This document shows, one piece after another, positions 22,134-37,735 of a stretch of DNA of 64,000 bases. Where the stretch lies: positions 5,766,001 through 5,830,000 of the forward strand of contig CM022672.1 in assembly GCA_012295275.1 (NCBI GenBank), in the 5' to 3' direction. This DNA comes from Chrysomallon squamiferum. Lineage: Eukaryota > Animalia > Mollusca. The position numbers were made by a program, and so were the translations under genes. The notes under the pieces are model-generated. The model searched no databases and was not told the origin of the DNA. It saw only the letters and a program-made list of their open reading frames with translations. Position 1 is the first letter of the stretch. Every line of letters begins with the position of its first letter.

Positions 22134-25100
22134 TCAAGCAAACAAATCAACAAAGTTTTCTGCATCGATCTTGGCATTGTATTTAGAAATCTCTTCATTC
22201 TTTGTCTTCAGCCAGCTGTCAAGGAATTCCTCCAGTTCTAATCAAAGTTAAGGAAGACAACTACGTTTGTTATAACAATGAATGTTTACTTACCCTACAG
22301 ACAAAAGCAAATAATAGTAATAATATAAAGTAATAATATAAAATAATAATAATAATAACAATAATAATAATAATTATAATAATGATAATAGTAATAATAA
22401 TGATGTTGAAAATGATGATAATGATAGTAGCAATAAATAAAACAAAAAAAAAAAAAAAAAAAATAAATAAAGAAAATAAAGAAAACAAATTAAAAAAAAA
22501 ACATTAGAAATTTTACTTAACAAAATATTTTTGTTGTTCTGCATTAATCATAAAAGAGAGAATTTTTTTTTATAATGTGATATAATAACAACAACAACAA
22601 CAACAACAAAATAAATCAATTAAAAATACAACAAAATAAAAACAAAACTATTTTTATGTTATCACTTTCATCAGTACGAAAAGAAAAAAAAAATTAACAT
22701 GTGACTATACATTTTAAGCTGTATCTAAAGAAAGGATACTGGGATGTGTGAGAGACTTGTCTCCACTCATACTGACAAAATGAGTCCCACTGTAAAACCA
22801 GCCTGCAGGCAGAGTCTCCAAATGATGTTGTTTCTTTAAAAAAAAAACACCAAAACCAACAAACCATATATATTTATATAATAAAAAAAAAAAAATAGAA
22901 TAAACAAAAATAAATACATTGACACCTCAGTTCCAAAATTAGTTACTTCCATTTTATTCAGTACAAAAAAAAATAATAATAAAATGAAAAAAAAAATAAA
23001 ATAAAATAAATAAATTAATTAAAAAATTGCAATAATATTAATAAAAATTTAATAAAATAAAAAAATAAACAAACACAAATATATTAACATGTCAGTTCCA
23101 TTTTAATTTTTTTTTTAATACAAATTTCTGATGCATTTAGATTATAGATGATGCACAAAATAAAATATTTCATTTTATATTTCATCATACACGATGGTCT
23201 TAGGAATAAAAAATGTATGGTGGTTTAAACATCACCTATAATGAAAAAAAAATACTTAAATAAATAAATAATTAATATAAAAATAAAAGTAAGTAATAAG
23301 CTAACAAATGAAAAAAAAAAAGCCAGCAGTCATTTAATGATTTAACAGAACTTACATGTATTCGATTGATTTCTTCCTGGGTAAGATCTTTTCTATCTAT
23401 CAACTTCTTTTTCTGTGGTTTCTACAAAATAAAACCAACATCTATATCAATCAGGGTATGAAATGAAGTCAGTCCAAACAATTGTTGGGTCTGTGATGAT
23501 TTTGTAAGGCAAGCCTTGCAGGTTGGGTTCAGTTTTGAAACAAATTATTCTATTATTAATGCATGCATTCAGAATAGTGACAAATTCAAATTTATATATT
23601 TACCTGACAGACACTTGCACACACTCATGCACTGATACATACACAAACATGCACATGTGTGCATACACATATACAAACACAAACTAACACCCATCCACAC
23701 ACATACTTGTACATAAACTCACACACACACACACAATCATATATTTCAGCCTTATAACAATAACATCTTGTAATTACTACTGGACAGAAAACAAAGCTGT
23801 AGCTGTATATTGATTTTAACAAAAAGCCTCTTCACCTGTTTAGCACAAGTTCTGAGCCAGTCTTTGAGCTGACTCTCCTCCAAGTCACATCCGGTGAACA
23901 CCATGTAACAGGACTGTGTCCAGTCTGGTGGTGGTGTGTTCTGGACATCTGCAGGATGAATGGTCAAGTAGCTGGTCAGTGTCACAAACTGGACATCCAC
24001 TGGCTGAGATGAATCTAAAACCACAACCAAAGATAAAATAAATTCAGTTTCACACATAAAAAAATAATAATTTAAACACTGATGGGAAATAACTTCTTCA
24101 ACCTTATTATTTTTTATTTTTGTTTCTATAAAGTTATTTCTTTCAGACTTGTAATTGTCAGTCTAATTCTTTACACTGAAAAATGATACCTCAACATCTT
24201 TCTCTGTGATTGGTGTCAGATATACTCTTACATGTTATCAGCAGGGCATCAAAGACTGGAAAACAAATGTTATGGCTTTGATAAACTGGACAGACAGTCA
24301 ATTCAGACTGACAGACAGTGGTATGGTGAATTATATTTTTCATTCACAGTAAATGAATTAGCCTTTGTGAATATTTTGAGACATCATTAAAAACTTGCCT
24401 GACAACAGAACGGTTCCTTCTACAAAATAGATATTTCCTTTAAATGGGAACTCTGACAAACTTCTCTTCAAACCTGGCAAAAATAAATACATATTTTAAT
24501 AGTTAATATTTTAACTAATGAATATTCAGATAAAGAAAATAATAAAGAAAAAAGGAAATAAAAACAGACACAAAACTATAGAGTATGTTGTGTAAGTAAC
24601 ATACATACAAAACACAAATTAAAATAAAAGTACATATAAATAAAACATAATAAAAATAAATACATTTTAGAAATTTTAAACAAGTAAAATAGAATAAAAA
24701 TGTATTAACACCCCCTTAAAAAAACTCAGACAAATCTCCCAGTAATAATCAAAGAATAAACTGAAAGTTTGCCAGTAAAATAAAACTTTAAACTGAAATC
24801 ATGTGAAAGTTCAGAGGTAATTTTAGCCCAAACTAACCATGTAACCTGTTAACAAGCTTTACTTTCTCCAAACTTTTAGAAAACTTGAGACAGACGTTGG
24901 TCATGGGGTGTGAGAATGTGTTCTTGTAGGAAGGTTCATTCCTGGAATGAAAAGAATATTACACATATACCACTTTTAAATCATATCAGTTTTCTACTAC
25001 AGAATAGATAAATTGCTGTAACACAGTATGTATTATAAGGTAATGTTATTTGGCAGTGACTCAAACACATGTTGATGGTTAATGTATCTACCATGTTGTG

Positions 25101-25182
25101 AGATTCTTGTATGATACACTTATTATTTGAGCATTTCTATTTGTGATTATAATCCTACTCTGAAATTTGTGGGGCTTAATTT

Positions 25183-25213
<31 letters not shown>

Positions 25214-27672
25214 CATATTTATATTTGATCAAAGAAATATGGAATATTTATAATAATAAATCCAGTATCTGAAATCTTTGGTTCTAACATGCTTCACATT
25301 TTTATATTTGGCCACTGTAGTGAATAACATACATACTAACAGGATCTATGATTGAAGAGTAAAAACACACTCACCATCCAGGATTGAGCAGAAGTCTTGA
25401 TCTTATCATAGCTGGCTGCATGAAGTTTGAATCTGACAAAATCAAATCCAGATCTGTGCTCCTGTAAAATATAAATAAATGAATAAGACCAAATAGAACA
25501 ACCACAACAACCACAATAACAACAGAAGCAAAAACTAATAATGATAAATAATAATTATTGTTAATTATAGTAATAAAGTGCACATAATAAACAATCACAT
25601 GAAAAAAAATAAATAAAAAAATAAAAGATAAACAAATCTATCAATAGGTCTACTGTGATGAACTTGCAAAATCTGAAACCACTCTTTATTCAGAGTCTAT
25701 ATGTGGTAGTAGAAACAGATAACCTAATTACATTATGTACACAACCAAGTAACAATTTTATTTAATTCTAAACCCTAACTCTGGCTAATAAGAAAATATA
25801 ACAATGATTCAAGCAATTGTATGTGTTTATCAACCTCTCATATTTCAAAAAGAGAGAGAGAGAGATGTAAAATGTCCTGAAAGGCTGAGTAAATAAATCT
25901 GTGAGTACTTTTCAGAACTATTACATATAAAAATGTCAAGAATTAAAAGAAAATAGCACATTCGAAACAGCTTGTTATATTAGTGTTATATGTTATTATT
26001 AGAAAATAATGGTGTTGCAAAACAAACAAACCTACAGTCAGACAATAAACAGATAAAACAATCATTAGGAAGTATACAAAATACATGTAGGCTTTTTTTT
26101 TTATATCACTATAGCCACACTTTTAATAGGAAACAATACAGTCTCTTGGGAATAATCATAAAGTGTTCAATTTTAAGATGTTTTACTGATATAAGCTTCA
26201 GCACACATTAGGAAAATTTAGCTTGTAAATACAAACTAAATAAATGTTTATGGTTGATAAATTATTATCAAAATCATTGTAATAATGACATTTATGGTTG
26301 TAACAGTGACAGAAGGAATCAAACAAAGCATTGTGCAAACTTTCACCTGGAGATGATGGCTTTGTCAGCTACTAGCAGGGCAACGTCAGAGTTGATGCTG
26401 CGAACCAGATTCTGTACATGGTCAAGCAGTTCATTCTGAAAAAGGTCAATATTTTGTCACATTGAAAAATGAAAAAGAAAAAAAAGAAAGAAATGTAAAA
26501 AGAAAAAAGAAAAATAGGAAAGATAATTTCATGTGTGAATCTAATCCTAAATGAAATAAATAAAAAAAAAAAAAAAAAAAAAAATGAAAAGAAAAAGAAA
26601 AGATGGGAATAAAGAAGAAGAAGAAGAAAATAAGAAAGGAAAATATAAGTGAAAAGACAGAAGAAAATATTAAGAACATAAAATAATCCAGCACTGAGTA
26701 CATCTGTTTAATTTAACATTTAACAAAGACAAAGTGTAATTGTATTTTCTATCTGATACATTCCTAAATTTTAAATAAAAACAGAATGCAACAAACTGGA
26801 AATCTCTGACATGCAATTGGCACATTTGTAGTTAATAAAACACAAAAGTGAAAATGTACCCTAGTTTCTGTAGAAGACATGAAGATGATGCAGTTAACCC
26901 AGCCCTGAGCACACTGATTCAGCAAAACTGGAAAAGTCCATCTGTAAAATTAAAAAAAAAAAGTACACACACACACACATGCATATTATTAAAGAATATC
27001 TTTAGTAAAAAAAATTTTTTTTAATATTAATACTAATATATAAATGTAATATAAGATTAATAAGACCTGTCATTATTGTTAGATAAACATAAACTACTGA
27101 TCAAGAAATGCAGTGAACTGAATAAAATACAACTGTAGTATTCCTATTCACAGATGTGCTTCCAAACATTGATATGACATAAATATCTGACTTGACTTAA
27201 GTGTGATTAAATAGTTGGCTTTTACATGTTAACCATTGTTTGTTGAACAGAACTTTCCTCTTCTCACATACATATACACTATAGCTGTCAGGGGAGGTTT
27301 TATTACTGTGAGCTCTGGTGATGCTACAAAATTTAACACTGACAGAATATCACAGTCTTAAATACAGCATACTTTTAGCTTTATCCTGGAAATGTAGTTT
27401 GTTTCTGTTAAGTGAGTATAAATGACTAACTGAAATAATATATGCATAGATAACTAATCATCACTTTTCTATCATTCAAAAATGACTGGCTCTGTTGAAA
27501 TATCACAAAATGTGGATGACCACTGTTATTACTTACCTGTGTTCCATGAATGTATTGAGAGGGTCAACACATACTGATATTGCACCTGGAAATGATAAAT
27601 ATTTTACACAGTGAAAAGTGATGAAACAACCAGTGCAATTTAAAATGAAAAGACTGATGATATAATCTTCTG

Positions 27673-27707
<35 letters not shown>

Positions 27708-27708
27708 A

Positions 27709-27745
<37 letters not shown>

Positions 27746-29710
27746 GTAATAGCAACAATAACAATAAAAATAATTAAATTTTCAAAAATCAGTACAGAAA
27801 AAAATGGAAATTTTTTCAATAAACAGTTGTTAAACAAATTATATTTTATATGTTAAGAAAAGAAATAATTTTAATAATAAAAACAAAAAAATGAAACAGA
27901 ATCCATTGATTACTTTTCTGAAAATTACAGTTATTGTTAATAATAGAAACTATTTTACTTGTAGATATTTAAAAAGATGTATATTTGATGAATATAAAAG
28001 TAAACACTACCTATGGTAACATTGGCAGCTACATCTTTGTTTGGATGGTTGACAATGGCATGAACAACATCCACAGTGTCTGTAAATCTGTTTATAAAAA
28101 CTTTTGTAATTTTAATAACGTCCATGTTGTATATCACACACATAATGTGCAATACATTAAAAAGAATATTTATATTTGTTTGATCAAAAATATCACTACT
28201 GAATTATTTTTTAGAGAAATTATTTCAGTTTTTGAAACTATAGATAATAAAAATATGATTCAGGACAAATTCAATAAAAATTGTTGTTGGGAATCATATT
28301 TCAGAAAAGAGGAAAAGATTATTATTTAGGAAAAACAGTGAGAAAGCAAAAAATAAATTAAAAAATATAATATAATAAAAAAAATAAAAATAATAATAAA
28401 AATAAAAATAAAGAAATAAAGAAATAAAGGAATAAAGAAATAAAGAAATAAAATAAATAACAAATAAAGAAATAAAGAAAAACACAAAGAAAAAACTTGT
28501 CAAAATAGCTGTGATGCAAACATTAATAATCAATAAGCAGTAATTTTGGTAGTTAATGTGAGAAGGAAAATCCTGCACAGACTTGTCTGGATGTCATGAG
28601 AAAAAGCTGAGAATCAGATGATTTCTAGCTGGTGATACGAGTACCAGTGGACAAACAATATTCACCCTGCTGTGACAATCAAAACCCGAGTTTGATTCTG
28701 AGCATGAGTAAGTTTCTGGTATGTGGTGTGAGCAGTTTCCAGTGATTTCTGCAGACTCTCAGCATCAAAGTCTCTGACGTCATATCTTGGTGGACTCAAT
28801 ACAATCCACCTGTAACAACAGAACAAAACAAATGGATGAATATCACATCGGTTTAGTATTTCAAATAAAGCCTACAGTTTGTTTCTTTCAACAGTTTGGA
28901 TCAGTACAACCTAATACACATAATTATCTTTCCAGCTACCCTTGTAAAGCCATACCACTGTCTTTGATTCAACAGTCAATGAATCTTGATTCAGACTGTT
29001 AATTTTCATAACAACTGAACAACTATAACATTCTTAATTGAATATTTCTGAATTCTTAATTTATATCAGGTTCACTCATACTAATAAGGAAAATAACATT
29101 ATAGTTACAAATTTTTTTTTATATGATAAAACTCTGTCTGTACATGACTCCTATCAAGTTTTAAACCTTAGACTTTCATCTAGATCAGTCCTAATATCAT
29201 AACTGTGGCAGTTGTAACTGTCTAAAATCTAAGTCAGGCGAAATAGTATGAATTTTAAAGATTTAAAAAAATATCTTTCATTTTGATAGGGTCTTACTCT
29301 AAACTGGCTATACACAACACTGAAATGAAAATGAAAACTTCTGAAAGATAATGTACCTGATAGTTGTCTTGTGCGAGGCTGGTTAGCTTTCTACACAGCT
29401 GTTCTTTGTGAGAGCCAGGAATTCCACTAAGGATGGTCACAATAAGCTGAAAAGTGATGATGAAAATAAAAAAAAAGTAATGCTAAACTGACATCATTCA
29501 GACCATATAATATAAACTATAAATCCATACATTTCACAACAAGATTCATAAATGTAAAAATAACAAGTTCGATACATACATTTACATGAAATGTCAGGAA
29601 CTTTCATCTTGTTTTATATGCATTCATATTTCCACATTGAAATACACATATAAATATATTACTTTAATACAGATATAACCACCTATCATAAAAACACACA
29701 CACATACACA

Positions 29711-29809
<99 letters not shown>

Positions 29810-29917
29810 ACACACACACACACACACAGACACACACACACAGACACACACACACAGACACACACACACACACAGACACAGACACAGACACAGACACAGA
29901 CACAGACACAGACACAG

Positions 29918-29968
<51 letters not shown>

Positions 29969-32826
29969 CCTTATCTGAGGCAGGAGGCTGAGCTGAAGAT
30001 ATCTGTTTCAAACAACACTGAAGATCATAAGTTGCCAGTCTAGGAAAGCCAGCACTACTCACTTTGAAATGGGCCACAAAACTAGAGAAATATTTAAAAA
30101 AAACAAAATCATAGAAAAAATAAAAAATAAAAAAATAAAAATTAAAAAAAAAAAAAATTAAAAAATAAAGTAGTTATTTTTAAATGGTAATTACTATTAA
30201 TTTATTTTATGATACAAAAGTCAATGTTTTACATTAAAATTTTGATTATAACACATTTAAGAGCAGACAGCAAAATATGAATTTTTAAATTACAGTGTAC
30301 AAAAGAAAATTTTAAACAATAATGGAGATAATGTACTCATTTTTACAGACAATATGAAGTTAAAAAATTAAAAGATTTATTTGAAAAAAAAAAATTTCTT
30401 TATTTTCTACATGCAAACTTCAATTACAAGCAGTGGAACTTGAAAATGAGATTTTTAAAAATTGAAAATTTTAATTATTTATCTCAAATTTTAACTTAAA
30501 ATTTAAAAAAATAATAATTTATAAGGTTGAAAATATTAAATACTAAAATAATAAACAAGAAACTTTTAAATATTACATATAAAGTGAAAAGAAGAAGGAT
30601 TTATTGATTAATTTATTCTAAAGGAAATTTTAAGCTCTAATGAAAAGAAATAGTGGAATAAAACAAGGAGTTATTGATTAATGTGTGTTGAAGGAAATTT
30701 TAACTGTTAATGAAGAGAAATAATTGATTATTACTTGTTAAGTGAAGGTAACATCATTGTAGCTTTTTTAAGAGTCATTGTCTGTGTCAGCATCTCATCT
30801 AAACCACTTCCAGTTGTCTCCTGGTATTTCACCTGCAGCACCTCTTGTCTGATACAGTAAAAACACAGAAATAAATACTTTAATAGATTAATGTTAAAGC
30901 ATTTCATGTCATCAAGAACATGTTATGAGTGCTTGAGTTTTTATTATTTTTATTTATGTTGTTTATCGTTACCATTAATTTTCTGTTACCAGCTATTGGA
31001 TGTTGGATATTTAACACAGAAATTATGGTTTGGTAGGTTTAAATTATTTCTACTGGGAAAATGTTTGATAGAAACTAGATATTGTTAGATTTATGTGAAA
31101 TACTTACAGAGACTGAAGATTATCAGGCAGAGTGTCAAGATGTTCTACAGCAGGAACTTTACAGTCCTCCACCTTCTTCCATTCTGGCAAAACCTTCATT
31201 AACAATGATCACTGAATTAATATACATTTGATCAAACACCTCAACACACTTATTATTAATGTTCTACAAACCAAAAATGATTTTGGAAGACAGGAAATGC
31301 ACTGCCACAGTCATTCTTGAAACCTGAAGAATAAGCATGACTATTTTGGGCAAGCAAATCAAAGGAATCTGGCTTGTTTTGCTCATATCAGTATTAATAT
31401 TTAGTATTAGAGACCAATCACAGAGAAGAAAAAAGTGGTAGTCATTTTACAGTTTTCAGTTAGATAAAACAAATCTGTGAACTGATTTTATTTAATGAAT
31501 TATCAGCTCATTTTCATACTAAAAGCTATCATGTGTCAAATATAATAATGTTCTTGTGACGACAGTACGAGAAAGATGTTTTGTTTTTTCAAACCCATGG
31601 GTTAATTTACTGATATCAAAGAACGAAATCTTTTACATAAACCTTCCCATAAACAGTAAGACACAGATAACATGACTTTTTGACAGATGGTTGTAGATCA
31701 CTGAAACAGCAGAATAGGAAGATTATCCTGCAACAAATCACACATCAGGCCTCATCTCTGTCACAGAGCTGCAGCCAGTTTGACAGATTTCAAGTACTGA
31801 GATGTGACTTGTTTTAAGGTTAATGGCTGAACCAGTGTGCCAGAGAGGCTGGTCATTTCCATAGCCTACACATATTGATTACTTTGATACTTTCTTTTTT
31901 TTTGTGTGTGTTCACTTTCAGGAATGCACTCTCTATGGCCTTTGATGTATAAATCATAGGGACTGGGTGAAACTGTAACTAGCTTAATTGGAAAATAAAA
32001 TATATTAATCATACAAAAACATATGCTGCAGAGAGGATTGTTTTAAACACTTGAATCACGAAAAGTAAAATATGTTTTCATAAATAACATACTGAACACA
32101 GGATAGTTTTAAAGATCTGAGTAGTGAAAAGTAAAATATGTTTTCATAATAGAACATACTGAACACAGGATAGTTTTAAAGATCTGAGTAGTGAAAAGTA
32201 AAATATGTTTTCATAATAGAACACACTGAACACAGGATAGTTTTAAAGATCTGAGTAGTGAAAAGTAAAATATGTTTTCATAATAGAACACACTGAACAC
32301 AGGATAGTTTTAAAGACCTGAGTAGTGAAATGTAAAATATGTTTTCATAATAGAATATACTGAACACAGGATAGTTTTAAAGACCTGAGTAGTGAAAAGT
32401 ACAATGCATCAAAACTAAAACATACTGTGGAGAGGAGGATTCTTCTAGCTTTGCTGCGAGGCCTGACAATGAGTACAAGTGTGTTGATATCTGACTGCAG
32501 GTATGATGGTAGAGAACAGGCTGGAAATTCATTCATTTCTATGATAAGTAACAACACCTGACTTGGTGACTCCTTTAAAAAAAAAAAAAAAATAAAAATA
32601 ATAATAATTCACAAAAAATAAAAATAAATAAATAAAAATAAAAATTAATAATAATAACAAATAAATAAGTAAGTAAATAAATAAAATAATAATAATCTTA
32701 ATAACAATAATAGTAGTAGTAGCAGTAGTAGTAGTAGTAGAAGTAAAAGTAGTAATAGTAGCAGTAGCAGCAATAATACTAATAATAACTATAGTAATAG
32801 TAGTAGTAGTAGCAGCAATAATACTA

Positions 32827-32878
<52 letters not shown>

Positions 32879-34725
32879 TAAAAGAGAACACAAATGATAA
32901 AAATCAGTTAACATACCCCATCATACAGACAGACAGATTTAATGTGGCTGCCATGCACTGCAACAGCACCACATTCTGGACGAAAAACTATAAGGCCGTG
33001 TTCATACATAAACAACTGATCTGGAGTATTTAAAACAAATAATTAAACAATGCTATATGTTGTACAGAATCGGTAAAAGTAATGTTTAAGTCAAAAATCC
33101 TATGTGACTTAATCGAAAGTGAACTATTATAATCTTTAATAAAAAAGGATATCTAAATTTAATGTTAATAATTTAATAAATATATATATATATATATAAA
33201 TTCTCTAATTTCTTAAATTTTAATATATATATATATATACATATATATATACTAAAATTTAAGAAATTAACTTCAAAGAAATTAATCAGGCTACTGTCTG
33301 TTTTATCCAATTTAATTATGCAAATAAAGAACATACCAATACACGAATATTTGTCAAACTACAGAACAAAAAAATTATAAATAACATACTAAAACAATAC
33401 TTTTTCTCATTAATATTTTTTTATTTACATATAAGAACTAATAATTTTATGACCTCTGTTAATGATAATCATATATGTTTGGAAAAATGTTTTACATTCA
33501 TCTGGTCGTAAGGTTAAAGGTGTTCCTGTTGTTATGTCAACCTTTTCCCCTGACATCAGCTGTTGTCCAAACTTTTGAATATCAGGTAGATGAAGTAACT
33601 TCTGAATCTCTCCATTTCTTGTCAATTCAGATATTTGGAACTGAACACCAATTTAAAAAGGTTTGTTAAATACTACATTATTATATGACTAATTAAAAAA
33701 ATAATAATTCTCAGATTTTTCTAAAACTATATAAGAGAGAAAAAATATATATACATTGTCATTATCCTATGTGCTTACTGATTAATATGAGACTCCTAAC
33801 TTCATTGGGAAAAAGTACAAAGAGTGCATTGACGAGAACTGATCTCATGACATGTCATGTAACAGGTGAATATTCAAATTATAGCTCATTTTGTTTATAA
33901 AATTTTTAATTAGGTGTATGGTAAAAATAACTCACATTCCACAACAAAATTCTGGGAATGTGTGTAGTTAACAGAAGAACTTCACTGGAGATTTGTGATG
34001 GTGAGCCTGATAACAAAAAAAAATAATAATAAATAAAAAATAATAAAAAAAATAATAATAATAAAAAAATAATAATAATAATAATAAAAACAAATAATAA
34101 TAATAAAAAAAATAATAATAATAATAAAAAGATAAATAAATAAAAAATAAAACAATAATAACAAAAAGATAAATAGAAAGAAAAACAAATTATAAAATAA
34201 AAATAAATAAAAAATTAAAAGATTTATTTGAAATTTTTTTTTTTTTGTAATTTGCTGTATTTTCTACATGTAGACTTTAATTACAAGAAGTGGCAGTTGA
34301 AAAAAAAAAAAAAATTAAAAATTAAAAATTTGAATTATTTATCTGTAATTTTATAAATAGTTAAATTTTTTATTAAAATTTATAAGTATAAAAGTTTAGA
34401 AAAAGGAAATAATTATGTGAAAATTCCAACAAGATAAAAACAACCAGATTTAATAATAATCTTAGGAAAATGTACCATTTTAATTTTAATTAAAAGTAAA
34501 ATAATAATAATAATGATGATAAAACAAAGATGACCTGGGTCTTGCTCAAAGAGAACAGAGTCAAGAAATGATTCTGCAAACACCAGTGATCCTAGAGTCT
34601 TTCCCTTTATTTCAACACTTGGCACATCGTATATGCTCAGAGTGGCCACTTTGATTTGTAAATTGTGAACTCCTTCTTCTAAACATTTGCACCTGAAAAT
34701 AAATAAATATAGATCTATAAATAAA

Positions 34726-34775
<50 letters not shown>

Positions 34776-36353
34776 AAAATGAAATAAAAAAAAATAAAAA
34801 ATTAATAATAGTAATAAAAAGCTAAAAAAAAGAGTAAATAAATTGAATAAAAAAAAATAAATAAAAAATAAAAATGTCTCTACTGTTCAGTTAATTTATG
34901 TTTCTATTTCAATTTGTCAGATATATTTTACATAGATTGTTAATATACTCTTACTAGCAGTGACTGGTTTCAAGTGTAAAATCAAACAAGCACTTAACTG
35001 TAATAATGCAAAAAACTGCTCGGCTTTTTTTTCACTACAAATTACCAATTCTAATAGTATACATTTGTACATATAGAGGATCTTTATTTTTTTTTTTTTT
35101 TTTTTTAAAGTTATGATTACTTTTTAATACACTTTAATTATTTATTTTCTACACCTTAATTTTTTTTTTTTTAAAAGATCTCCAAAACCATGACCTGGAC
35201 CCTTCCCTTCCCTTACCCCACAAAATGTATACATGAATGGAAAAAAAAAAAAAAAAAATAAAGGTAATAATACAAAATTATATACCAAAATTATTAATAA
35301 TTATTAAAATAAAAAAAATAAATTAAAAAAATGTATGGAGGAAAGTCTGTGAGAAAGAGTATATAATCAGAGAGAGGGAGATGAACAGAGACAGAGAGAC
35401 GAAGATACTGAAACAAAGAGAGACAGAATGACAGAAAGAGGACAGAAGACAGACAGCTGAACAAAAAAAAAAAAAAAAAAATAAAGTAAATAAACATATA
35501 TAAAAGCTTTTGTCACATTTACATGTCGGTGAAGCAGACAAGTTAATAACTGAAGTAAATGGAAACCAAATTTACAGCAGCAGGGAAACAATTACCCAAC
35601 ATCCTGTAATCACAGCAAACACATTCAACCATCATTCCTTGTCACACATTTAAAGTTCACACTGAATTACACTTGTATATGTAAATGGCACATTATGTGA
35701 AATTGAGAAAGAATTTTCACAAAGGTTAAAACGATATACTGGAACAGCATATCTGAAGTCAACTGTCATAATATAGTGAAAATGCCAATAATAATAATAA
35801 TAAAAATAAAAAAATAAAAAAAATTAGAGAAGCAATTTCAAGAAAGGTATTTCAACTACAGACATGTTACTCAGTTTACATGTAAGTAGTTAAAAAAATA
35901 TTAATTTTTTTCTTGTAACTAACGTATTCTGAATATATATATATGACCAGTCCAAGAAAAGTTCAAAGAGGACCTGCTTACTCATTCAGAAAGTAACAAA
36001 TACAATGATAAACTTTGAAACTGTACAGCTTTATGTTGTTTGATATCTCAAAATCAAGTAATTTTCATTTTAATGTTGATAGTAATAGTGTCAGTTTACA
36101 TATTCTGCAGATTATACAATTAGTAATTTTATGTAAAGTAACAGACAGTACAAAAATTATCAAAGAAGCTGAAAATGATAATAATTAAAAGGAAAATGTT
36201 CCATAAGACATGCAGTGGCCAGCTTCTTGTCACTAGTATATATAAAAAAAAGACACGAAAAAGTAGGGATTTTTGTGTGTGTGTGTGTGTGTTTATATAT
36301 ATTTTTTGTTTTTCTCTCAAGAACACTCAGGTCTGATTGTATATGATTTAGAT

Positions 36354-36394
<41 letters not shown>

Positions 36395-37108
36395 CACACA
36401 TAATAACATAATTTACAAAAACAAACAAGACAAAATATATTTAAAGTTTGTATTTTTCTTCTATTTGTTTTTCTTCTGCCTGTTTTTTCTGTGTATAAAT
36501 TCTACACAAATGGGACAACTAAGTACCCTATGGAAAATTTTTATTTCCTCTAAAATTTAAAAAAATAAATATAATAAATAAATAAATAAATAGCATTAAT
36601 AACAAAAAAACAAACAAAAATCATAAAGTATTATATGACTTACTTTCCAACATTGTCAATGGCTTCTATGGTAAAATTAACATTTGACCTGCAAAAAAAA
36701 AATTTAAAAATAAAATAATAATAATAAATTTAATAATAAAAACATGCTGGATTTGTGCTGTTATTAATCTAATATATATAAATATAATAATAATAACAAA
36801 AATAATGAACTGAAAGACAATCCAGCAAAACTGCACATAAAACCCATTCCCCAAAATTACAAAATATAGTAAAAAAACTAAATAATATAAAATATTAATA
36901 AATATGTTAATAAAATTATAATCACTTTTCATTTCAAAAGAAGTTTCTATTGATTCTTGGTGTTCCAGGATAACTTTTACACACTCCTACCAACAATTAC
37001 ATAAAAGTGAAATTTCAGAAGGAAATACGAACACTCTTACCGATTAACTCAGATAAATAGAAATCTCACATCTTACTCTTAAATTCAGGGAATTCTATCA
37101 ATCAACAG

Positions 37109-37142
<34 letters not shown>

Positions 37143-37702
37143 AAGTAGAAGAAAAAATATAATTAAAAAAGAATGATAAGAAGCAAGAAAATGAGATATT
37201 TAAATGATCATAAAAAAAAAAGGAAAAGGCAATTCTAAGGGATAAGATTCCTGTTATTGTTTCTTTAGAAAGAAAAAAGAAAAAAGAAAAAAGACAGAAA
37301 AAATAAGAAAAAATTAAGAAATAAAGAAATTAAAAGCAGCCATCTTAATTCCCATTTTTGAGATCAGCGAAGAAAGTGCAGAGCTCATCAGAGTAACCTG
37401 CATTTGCCTTGATTATACTTGCTTCAAAAGAAATAATGAAAATGTTTTAAGTGAAAAAAAAATGTTAAATACGACTTTATCCAGTCATCCTTTGGAAGCC
37501 ATTTCCTCCCTTGCAGTTGTGAGGTACTATTCAGTTTAAGGATCATGTTTATGCTAACCTCTCGGAAATATAGTTCAACAGTGACAAAGTCTTCAGATTC
37601 TTGCAGACTGCATGAAGAGTGCCCATGGCTTCAGACTTAGCCTGTTGCCATAGAAATAAAGAATTTAAAATTTAGTTCTTAGTTAATTCATATAAGCCTT
37701 AC

Positions 37703-37735
<33 letters not shown>

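Noticed and set aside
24190-24255. AG...GT-flanked exon candidate within DNAAF9
   Set aside because: Stops in all three frames, and the flanking exons join in frame without it.
29624-29961. Cys/Val-rich ORFs, and similar poly-I, poly-Y, ERER and LSLS ORFs across the window
   Set aside because: Translations of (CA)n, (AAT)n, (AG)n and (TA)n microsatellites.
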